Made by a program: the position numbers and the translations under genes
IMG/VR virus record: IMGVR_UViG_3300008267_000027
Span: 23,175 to 87,174 of that record
DNA from: a virus
DNA: 64,000 nucleotides
Strand: one strand, 5' to 3'
Notes under the pieces: model-generated
Told to the model about the DNA's origin: nothing
The model's input: the letters and a program-made list of their open reading frames with translations, nothing else
The model's database searches: none
In this document: positions 56,830 to 64,000 of the stretch, one piece after another
Numbering within the stretch: the first letter of the stretch is position 1
Layout of the letters: the number at the start of each line of letters is the position of its first letter

Positions 56830-58128
56830 ATGGTAGATGGTCAAACAGTAAGAATATTAGAAAGCATCAACAAACAGCTATGTTGTATTAAAAACAACCA
56901 AGCTGATGGTTTGGATGTTACACTTGCACCTTCTACAGCACAAGATAGCTTTGGAAGACTAAGAGTTTCTGAACCTTTTACACTATTTGACTCAAGCCAT
57001 AGATTTGATGATAACGGACTTTGGGTTACATCCACTGCTACAGATGGAGCAGCTGTATTCAATGCTGATCAAGGACTTGTAGATTTAAATGTTACAGCAG
57101 CTTCTGGTTCTTCAGTTACTAGAGAAACAATTAAAGTGTTTGCTTACCAACCAGGTAAGTCACTCCTTGTTATGAGTACATTTGTAATGTCTACTGCTAA
57201 AACAGGACTTACACAACGTATTGGTTATTATGGAGCTGATAATGGTTTTTATTTAGAGCAAGCTGGGTCAGCAATATCTTTTGTAAAAAGAAGTATTGTA
57301 ACTGGATCTATAGTAAACACTCCTGTTTTACAAGCTGATTGGAATGGAGATAAGTTAGATGGTAATGGTCCTTCTGGTATTACTTTGGATCTAACAAAAG
57401 CTCAGATTCTTTGGATGGATTTAGAATGGTTAGGTGTAGGTTCTGTACGTATGGGGTTTGTAATAGATGGTCAGTTTATACTGTGTCATACATTTCAACA
57501 TGCTAATATATTAGCTTCAACATATATTACAACAGCTTCATTACCATTACGTTATGAGATATTTAATACAGCTGGTACAACTGGGAATAGCACATTAAAA
57601 CAAATCTGTTCCACTGTAATCTCAGAAGGAGGATATGAACTTAGAGGAGCACAATATGCAGTAGGTACTCCAATTGCTTCTCCTATAACATATACTGTTG
57701 CCAGTACTTATATACCAATAGTAGGTTTCAGGCTTAAATCAACAAGACTTGATGCCATTGTAATTCTTACTGCAGTGTCTATATTAGGACTTGGTAATGG
57801 TAAAAATTACTCTTGGAGAGTTGTTCAAGGTGCAACAATTAGTGGAGGTGGTGCATGGGCAACTACAGGAACTGATTCGTCTGTTGAATACAAGTTAGAT
57901 GGAACATCTGCTACAGGTGGTAGAATTCTTGCACAAGGATATGTAAACTCATCTAATCAGGGATCTCCTAGTATTAATATTCTTAAAGAAGCATTATTTG
58001 CAAATCAGTTAGAAAGAAATAGTTTCACTGGTACACCTTATGAGTTAGTATTAGAAGTAGCTATAAGTGATGCAAGTGGTACAAATGGAGTACTTGCTTC
58101 TGTAGATTGGGAAGAAATAAGTAGATAA
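56830..58128 (+). CDS. Virion structural protein, beta-sandwich/lectin-like
   Basis: DSFGRLRVSEPFTLFD, YQPGKS, EWLGVGSVR, LPLRYEI motifs recurrent in phage structural proteins. Confidence 0.6.
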   Translation: MVDGQTVRILESINKQLCCIKNNQADGLDVTLAPSTAQDSFGRLRVSEPFTLFDSSHRFDDNGLWVTSTATDGAAVFNADQGLVDLNVTAASGSSVTRETIKVFAYQPGKSLLVMSTFVMSTAKTGLTQRIGYYGADNGFYLEQAGSAISFVKRSIVTGSIVNTPVLQADWNGDKLDGNGPSGITLDLTKAQILWMDLEWLGVGSVRMGFVIDGQFILCHTFQHANILASTYITTASLPLRYEIFNTAGTTGNSTLKQICSTVISEGGYELRGAQYAVGTPIASPITYTVASTYIPIVGFRLKSTRLDAIVILTAVSILGLGNGKNYSWRVVQGATISGGGAWATTGTDSSVEYKLDGTSATGGRILAQGYVNSSNQGSPSINILKEALFANQLERNSFTGTPYELVLEVAISDASGTNGVLASVDWEEISR

Positions 58129-58140
58129 AATAAATATAAA

Positions 58141-58704
58141 ATGAATCCTACACCTACTGATATTTTTGGAAGACTTAGATGGTTAACTGATAGAATCAAA
58201 AGAATTTTTGGTAATATCACTTTATTAGATCAAAGAGTTACTGCTCTTGAAAATGGAGGCGGTGGAGGAGGAGACCCTCTTCCCCCATCTGTTACACAAA
58301 TTATAGATGGTGATGGTATATCTATAACACCAGCAGAAGGAACAGGCACAGTTACAATATCAACTGTAAATATTCCTTCAGAAGATTCTTTATCATTATT
58401 ATCTGGAATAGAACCTGTTAATCTACCTGTAGGATCAGAAGGATTAGGGGGGTTTTATGCTATAGATACTACAGATGATGGTACAAATATAGGTGGTGTA
58501 ATAGAGTTCCCTGACCCAGCATTATCTGTTGGTAAAGTTATCACCATTATGAACAGAAGCACTTATAATGCTCCTATTAGCAATAATGGATATATGCCTA
58601 TAGACGTTGATGGTAGTCCTGTATTATATGTACCATCAAGCAGTGTTTATGAATTTATATCAACAGCAAATGATTGGTATACAACTTTTACAAGAACCAT
58701 TTAA
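58141..58704 (+). CDS. Putative fibre/decoration protein
   Basis: Coiled N-terminus (RVTALE), Gly linker, VTQIIDGDGISI..GTVTI fibre-like motif. Confidence 0.5.
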   Translation: MNPTPTDIFGRLRWLTDRIKRIFGNITLLDQRVTALENGGGGGGDPLPPSVTQIIDGDGISITPAEGTGTVTISTVNIPSEDSLSLLSGIEPVNLPVGSEGLGGFYAIDTTDDGTNIGGVIEFPDPALSVGKVITIMNRSTYNAPISNNGYMPIDVDGSPVLYVPSSSVYEFISTANDWYTTFTRTI

Positions 58705-58714
58705 ATAATATTTT

Positions 58715-58933
58715 ATGAAATTTACATGGAAAGGTTATTGGGAACCTACTCCCAAAGGAATTAGAAAAATGGCTGACAGTTTGTTAGCTGGTGGTATGTT
58801 AATAGCTACTTTTTCTGTACTTAATGATCATCCAAAGTTTGCATTTGCTGTAATGTTGGTATGTGGGGTAGCTAAATTCTGTTCAAATTTCTTTACAGAT
58901 GTTAGAAAATCTAAAAAAAATCAGTCTATCTGA
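58715..58933 (+). CDS. Putative holin
   Basis: 72 aa, two hydrophobic helices, basic C-terminus, upstream of the endolysin. Confidence 0.55.
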   Translation: MKFTWKGYWEPTPKGIRKMADSLLAGGMLIATFSVLNDHPKFAFAVMLVCGVAKFCSNFFTDVRKSKKNQSI

Positions 58934-59525
58934 GATATTGATAGTAGTTCTTTTAGTTATTATTCTTTTACAGAGATGTAGTAAGGATCCTGTTGCTGTA
59001 GAACAACCTAAGATTATTAGAGACACTACATGGGTGTATAAGGACAGTACAATTACTAGACAACCTCAGATTATAAAGACCATCACTGTTCCTATAGAGC
59101 AGTGGAATACAGAATACCTACCAGATACTTCTAGTATGGCTATTCTTGTTAAACAATATAATGAGCTTGCTAATAAGTTCTTAGCTCTTAACATCTCTGT
59201 AGATAGCATAGCTGTTGACACTATTGGTAAAGTGTACATCACAGATACTGTTACTAACAATGTTATAAAGAACAGGAAACTTTCTTACAACTTAAAGTTT
59301 CCAACTATAACAAATACAATCATCCTACCTGAACCTAAAAAGACTCAGTGGTATGTAGGAGGAACTATACAGGGTGAACAGGGAGCTATAATAAGTCAGA
59401 TTAATGCTAATCTTCTTATAAAGAATAAGAGAGATCAGATATTTGGTGGTTCTGTAGGACTAAATAACTCTGGTGCATTACAAATAGGACTATCTAGTTT
59501 TTGGAAAATTAAACTTAGAAAATAA
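58899..59525 (+). CDS. Membrane-anchored lysis-associated protein (spanin-like)
   Basis: N-terminal TM followed by Cys (LLQRC); located between holin and endolysin. Confidence 0.45.
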   Translation: MLENLKKISLSEILIVVLLVIILLQRCSKDPVAVEQPKIIRDTTWVYKDSTITRQPQIIKTITVPIEQWNTEYLPDTSSMAILVKQYNELANKFLALNISVDSIAVDTIGKVYITDTVTNNVIKNRKLSYNLKFPTITNTIILPEPKKTQWYVGGTIQGEQGAIISQINANLLIKNKRDQIFGGSVGLNNSGALQIGLSSFWKIKLRK

Positions 59526-59965
59526 TGAATCTTCCAGCTGCATATCAATGGCTTGCTACAGAAGGTGCTCCTAGACATCTTCTAAAAGCATTAGAACTTT
59601 ATGGTGTTACAGAAACTGTAGGTTCTAAGAATAATCCTGTTATTATGGGATGGGCTAAAGAGCTTGGATTAGAAAAAGTATATAATGCAGACAGTATTCC
59701 CTGGTGTGGGTTATATGCTGCTATTATAATGCATAGAGCTGGTAGACCTGTAGTTGATCAACCACTATGGGCTCTCAACTGGAATAAGTTTGGTGTAAAA
59801 GTGAACCAACCAATGCTTGGAGACATCCTTACATTTTCTAGAACTGGTGGTGGTCATGTTGGTATATACGTAGGAGAAGACAGCATTGCTTATCATGTAC
59901 TTGGTGGTAATCAAGGTGATAAAGTTTGTGTAACTAGAATAGGAAAAGACAGACTATCTTGGTAA
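59525..59965 (+). CDS. CHAP/NlpC-P60 endolysin (TIGR02594-like), probably C-terminally truncated
   Basis: GVTETVG..NNP.I, DSIPWCG, WALNW, GGGHVG, LGGNQGD; stop lies inside sequence belonging to the next gene. Confidence 0.8.
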   Translation: MNLPAAYQWLATEGAPRHLLKALELYGVTETVGSKNNPVIMGWAKELGLEKVYNADSIPWCGLYAAIIMHRAGRPVVDQPLWALNWNKFGVKVNQPMLGDILTFSRTGGGHVGIYVGEDSIAYHVLGGNQGDKVCVTRIGKDRLSW

Positions 59966-61631
59966 AATAAAAGGAGATAATGATTTTGCTAGATTTGCTC
60001 ATTTAAATCATTTAGTAGATCAACTCAACGCAGGTGGTGTTGGAGGAGGAGGTGTAACAGAAGTTACATATACAAACCTTCAGTCTTTAATATCTTCAAA
60101 TGAATTATCTCCTGGAACTACATATAAGATTACAGGGTTTAATAAAAATATGCCTACAGCAGGTCCTGATAACCCAAATGGATGGCTTCCTGATGTACTG
60201 TATGATGATGGTACTAATAGTGGAGTGACAATATACATGCAGGCTGTTACTACTAATACATTAGCCACAAGTGGATATGGAGAGTTTTATAATCCTAAAT
60301 ATAATGACCAAACTACTTATAATAATACAGATGGTACAGGTCTTTATAGAATATGGGATGGTGATAATCCAGATCCTTTAGATGTACCTGTTTATGAAGA
60401 AGGTGATATAGTTTTTTGGGGTGGTTATGCATGGGAAAACTTATTAGGTAATGTAGGAACTGCTGTTACAATTGTAGAACTTAATTCTATTGACTGGGAA
60501 AAAATCCCTTATTCTAATACTACATGGTATGAGAAAGCGATAGATGAAATTAAAGTAGATTGGAACAATGGTATAGTAGTAGAAAGATATAATCCAGAAA
60601 ACCAAATAAGAGTAGCATTTAATCCTGATCAGTATTCTTGGTGGGTAGGGTTTGAATCAATAAATAGTTTTGGTATTAAATTATCTCCTATTTCAGCAAT
60701 TTGTTGGGGGTTATATTCTAAAGTTACTCCTGAACAACTTGATAATAATTTTTATGGTATATCAAATATAGAAGCTATTAACAGCCCTGTAGATTTAATT
60801 AATTTTAGAGGCAGTGTATTAGTAAATTTGTATTGTAATCTTGGGTATTTTGCAAGGAATTATATAGGAAAAAATGCATCTATAAGTGAAATAAACATTT
60901 CTCAATGGGGAGATTTATCTAACAATGTAATTATAGATAACTCTTCTATAACTGAAATAACTATAGTAAGTTCAAGTATAGCAGGTAATTATGTTTATTC
61001 TAACTCTCAAATTCGTAGTTCTAATTTAATACATTTCTCTAATATTAATGGAAATATTTTAACTAATAGTTATATTAGATATTGTAATTTAACACAATGT
61101 GAAGGTTTCGGTATAAATGAAAATACCTTAACAAATGGAAATATACAAAATAATATTTTATCAAATGGATCACGTATTCAACAAAACATATTAACAAATG
61201 GTTCTAGTATTTATTTAAATACACTAGATAATTCTTCTATTTATGGTAATATTTTAAATAACGCTTATATCGAAAGAAATACTTCATCTGGTCAATCTTT
61301 TATAGATTATAATGAGTTAAGTGATGATTCTTCTATCCGTAGTAACACAGTGATATCAAGTGTTCTTACGAATTCAAATCTTACAGGTAGTAATACTGGT
61401 ATTATTGCTAATTATTTCTATGATAGTGAATTAGCACTTGCTGGAATTAGTAGTGGTATAGTTACATCAAATTATTTTAATGGAGTTAATGCAAATGCCG
61501 ATTATACATCTGCTACTCACATTTTTGCATATACTTACACTAAAAATATAATATCACGTCCAGATGGCACAGCAAGAATTATTTATTATGATAACTCTAA
61601 TGTTTTGCAAAATGTTGCAGTAAATTCTTAA
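59943..61631 (+). CDS. Beta-helix fibre/spike protein, N-terminus apparently lost
   Basis: Frame open from 59943 (first ATG 60150); upstream part LGKIKGDNDFARFAHLNHLVD is homologous to residues 15-35 of the 63420 gene; Asn/Ser/Ile repeats typical of beta-helices. Confidence 0.65.
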   Translation, partial: EKTDYLGKIKGDNDFARFAHLNHLVDQLNAGGVGGGGVTEVTYTNLQSLISSNELSPGTTYKITGFNKNMPTAGPDNPNGWLPDVLYDDGTNSGVTIYMQAVTTNTLATSGYGEFYNPKYNDQTTYNNTDGTGLYRIWDGDNPDPLDVPVYEEGDIVFWGGYAWENLLGNVGTAVTIVELNSIDWEKIPYSNTTWYEKAIDEIKVDWNNGIVVERYNPENQIRVAFNPDQYSWWVGFESINSFGIKLSPISAICWGLYSKVTPEQLDNNFYGISNIEAINSPVDLINFRGSVLVNLYCNLGYFARNYIGKNASISEINISQWGDLSNNVIIDNSSITEITIVSSSIAGNYVYSNSQIRSSNLIHFSNINGNILTNSYIRYCNLTQCEGFGINENTLTNGNIQNNILSNGSRIQQNILTNGSSIYLNTLDNSSIYGNILNNAYIERNTSSGQSFIDYNELSDDSSIRSNTVISSVLTNSNLTGSNTGIIANYFYDSELALAGISSGIVTSNYFNGVNANADYTSATHIFAYTYTKNIISRPDGTARIIYYDNSNVLQNVAVNS

Positions 61632-61650
61632 ACAATAAAAACAGTATAAT

Positions 61651-61899
61651 ATGAACACCTTTTTAACTGTAAATCTTCCTTCTAAAGTAAAAGTAAAAGC
61701 ACTTGGTAATAGAGAAGTTGAGATTGACAAAATTGAAATCCATGAACTAGTTGACAGTCCTATTAAGAAAACTGTTGTAGCAATTTGTAGAAACCATCCT
61801 GTAAGAATTAAACTTTGGGAAGGTGATGCATATGATGCTATAGGAGATTGGACTAATCAAAATGTAATAGATAGAGTTCTTGAATTGTATAATACTTAA
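61651..61899 (+). CDS. Small protein, possible fibre chaperone
   Basis: 82 aa; LWEGDAYDAIGDWT motif; follows the fibre gene. Confidence 0.55.
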   Translation: MNTFLTVNLPSKVKVKALGNREVEIDKIEIHELVDSPIKKTVVAICRNHPVRIKLWEGDAYDAIGDWTNQNVIDRVLELYNT

Positions 61900-61911
61900 A
61901 ATACATGTATA

Positions 61912-62820
61912 ATGAAAAAAAGAGCATTTGTACGGTACAGTAAGCAAGGCAAGATTGTACCTGGTAGTTTGATCCTAACAGGAGGATCTCATCCTTCAGG
62001 ACCATCTACATGGAAAGAAGTTCCAGCAGACTTATGTTGTGATACAACAGCAGGTAAAGATCCTTTTATAATGAATGTTTTAACATCAGAAGGATTTTTT
62101 GAATTCGGTATGAGAGGTTACTCTAATAATACTATAAAAGGTATTATTTATTGGGGAGATGGTACCTCTGAATCATTTGATTTAACAGGAATTAGCAGCC
62201 TTAGTTATTTAAATCATACATATACTAACTGGCCAGAAGAACGTATGGCAACAGTTACTGTGTATTTCACAAGTACTAACGGTTTTAGAAAACTTGAAAT
62301 TGGTACAGGAGATGTAATTGGTGTAATATTATCTGTTTCTGGTTTACCTGCTGCATTTGCAAACAGTGAAATTCAAGAAGTAGATGTTGACTTTAGTAAT
62401 ATTGCTTCTTTAGATGTAAGCAATCTACCTATTCAAAATTTATACGCATTAGAGTGTCAATATTTACGTTATTTAAATGTTAATGGGTGTACAAATTTAG
62501 TTAATACTCAATTATATGGAGATGATTTTGTTATTTTAAATTTTAAAGGTTGTACAGCTTTATCTTACATAGATGTTTATGATAATCCTAATTTAGTACA
62601 TATAAATATTGATGATTGTCCCAATATTATTTCTTTAGATGCTTCTGATTCTGCAATACAAGAGACATCTGTAGATTATTTAATAACAACACTTGATAAT
62701 AACGGTTTAACAAATGGAAGTTTAATACTTAGTGGAGGTACTAATAGTGCTCCATCTGTATCAGTAGCAGGTAATATTACAAGTTTAACATCAAAAGGAT
62801 GGAATGTATTAACTAATTAA
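61912..62820 (+). CDS. Surface protein: conserved N-terminal anchor, PKD-like domain and leucine-rich repeats
   Basis: IYWGDG..HTY (PKD-like); LxxLxVxGCxxL repeats; N-terminus paralogous to the 62992 gene. Confidence 0.65.
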   Translation: MKKRAFVRYSKQGKIVPGSLILTGGSHPSGPSTWKEVPADLCCDTTAGKDPFIMNVLTSEGFFEFGMRGYSNNTIKGIIYWGDGTSESFDLTGISSLSYLNHTYTNWPEERMATVTVYFTSTNGFRKLEIGTGDVIGVILSVSGLPAAFANSEIQEVDVDFSNIASLDVSNLPIQNLYALECQYLRYLNVNGCTNLVNTQLYGDDFVILNFKGCTALSYIDVYDNPNLVHINIDDCPNIISLDASDSAIQETSVDYLITTLDNNGLTNGSLILSGGTNSAPSVSVAGNITSLTSKGWNVLTN

Positions 62821-62843
62821 TAATAATTTAAAACTTATATAAA

Positions 62844-62990
62844 ATGCCTATACGTACATTAACACAAGAAGAACAAGCTGCTAAAGATCTTAAAGAAAAA
62901 ACAGTTGGTGATTTTATTAAAGAAGGTCTAAGCGTTAAAGATGCTAAAGCTGCTTGGGATGCATTACAAGAACAATTAAAAACTAAATAA
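62844..62990 (+). CDS. Small helical protein (48 aa, not in ORF track)
   Basis: MPIRTLTQEEQAAKDL..QLKTK; AT-rich leader; stop 1 nt before the next ATG. Confidence 0.55.
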   Translation: MPIRTLTQEEQAAKDLKEKTVGDFIKEGLSVKDAKAAWDALQEQLKTK

Positions 62991-62991
62991 T

Positions 62992-63396
62992 ATGGCTAAA
63001 AAAAGAGCATTTGTAAGATATTCTAAGCAGGGAAAGATAGTTCCTGGTAGTCTCATCTTGACTAGTGGATCATTCCCTAGTGAACCATCTACATGGAGTG
63101 AAATTCCAACAGACTTATGTTGTGATCTTATCACATTAACATTCACTGTAACTAATCCAGAAATTAATGATGTAACATTAAGATTGTTCTGTAATGGTAC
63201 ACAGATTAATTACTTGTATACACCTAGAGATTCTGAAGCTATGTTAGATATAATTACCATATTAAACAGTACATTTGGTGTATTAGGAACATTCTCTAAT
63301 CCTAGTGGAAACATTATTGAGTTAGTGATGAGTGCTAGTATAAAAACAGCCTTGTGTCCTTCAGGAACCTTATCATTTGACGTTGTAGCAGATTAA
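62992..63396 (+). CDS. Surface protein with the same N-terminal anchor as the 61912 gene
   Basis: 37/43 aa identical N-terminus, unrelated C-terminus. Confidence 0.65.
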   Translation: MAKKRAFVRYSKQGKIVPGSLILTSGSFPSEPSTWSEIPTDLCCDLITLTFTVTNPEINDVTLRLFCNGTQINYLYTPRDSEAMLDIITILNSTFGVLGTFSNPSGNIIELVMSASIKTALCPSGTLSFDVVAD

Positions 63397-63419
63397 TAAA
63401 ACATTAAAAACTTATAATA

Positions 63420-64000
63420 ATGGCAATTAGAAAATTTAAGCCGTCAAGTCCTGATAGGGCATTAGGTAAAATAAAAGGTGATACAGAATTTGCAAGATTT
63501 GGTCATATTAATAGACTAGTAGATGATGTAGAAACAGGTAAAGCTAATCAGGAAATACACACTCTTGACTATCCTTTTGTATTCTATCCAGAATCTACAT
63601 TATTTAATGCAGGTCCTTTATATCAATATCCTAGTGGTCAAGGTATGGGTCCTATTCCAGCTGTCACTTTAAATAGTTATAGAGTGAGAGGAGTACTTCC
63701 TTATAGTGGAAGTTCTGTTATATCTCAGTATTTAGGTACAATTAAACTCATACCTAATGGTGAATTATTTGGAGGCCCTATTTTATTTCCTGGTAAATTA
63801 ACAGGTATGGTGGCAGCTACAGAAGATGATCTTATTGTTTTTGATCCCACTCTAGATGTTACAACCACCCCTTTAGCAGATGGTGCTCAAATGTGGGATA
63901 TAGATGCTGAAGTCTTTAATACTTTATATGGTGTTAAAGTAATGATGTACAGTTATGGAACACCACCTATTACAGGAGAAATTAACTATGCTCTTGTATT
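63420..64000 (+). CDS. Structural protein (partial, runs off window) with SPD..LGKIKGD..FARF.H anchor
   Basis: ATG at 63420, open to the window end; N-terminus paralogous to the 59943 frame. Confidence 0.65.
   Translation, partial: MAIRKFKPSSPDRALGKIKGDTEFARFGHINRLVDDVETGKANQEIHTLDYPFVFYPESTLFNAGPLYQYPSGQGMGPIPAVTLNSYRVRGVLPYSGSSVISQYLGTIKLIPNGELFGGPILFPGKLTGMVAATEDDLIVFDPTLDVTTTPLADGAQMWDIDAEVFNTLYGVKVMMYSYGTPPITGEINYALV

Noticed and set aside
1-64000. Stop-codon reassignment (TAG or TGA), known in some crAss-like phages
   Set aside because: Genes up to 5174 aa are intact in the standard code and tightly packed; no tRNA seen; reading through TAG at 59940 meets TAA at 59931
59943-64000. Diversity-generating retroelement or invertase shufflon behind the paralog array
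   Set aside because: No reverse transcriptase or recombinase in the window, no adenine-specific template/variable repeat pair, and all copies are on one strand

Overview
AT-rich phage genome segment, most consistent with a crAss-like (Crassvirales-related) podovirus of a Bacteroidota host. It has three blocks. (1) 31-40819 (+): tail ring and tail stabilisation/muzzle genes, four modular virion-cargo proteins (peptidoglycan-binding, NlpC/P60-like, M23 domains) punctuated by repeated xxxGG / AxEG motifs, a 980 aa ejected protein, a 5174 aa virion RNA polymerase polyprotein (zincin HEAFH; catalytic GADNDVDK) and a 2196 aa polyvalent protein (ART-like, GNAT, degenerate zincin, PD-(D/E)xK). (2) 40831-56301 (-): nucleotide metabolism, repair and replication (receiver-like domain, metallophosphoesterase, MazG, SplB-like radical SAM, dNMP kinase, DUF932-like, family B DNA polymerase, nuclease, HNH, primase, SSB, AAA ATPase, DnaB, DnaA-type HTH). 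(3) 56515-64000 (+): lysis and surface/structural genes, including paralogs that share N-terminal anchors but have unrelated C-termini. Most notable observations: the GG-motif modular cargo system; a ~125 nt rod-like structured element at the strand switch; a junction at ~59955 that fuses a truncated endolysin to a decapitated fibre gene; a duplicated tag in the RNAP polyprotein; and near-total cysteine absence in the ejected giants except at two adjacent termini. All family assignments come from motif recognition by eye, not database searches.
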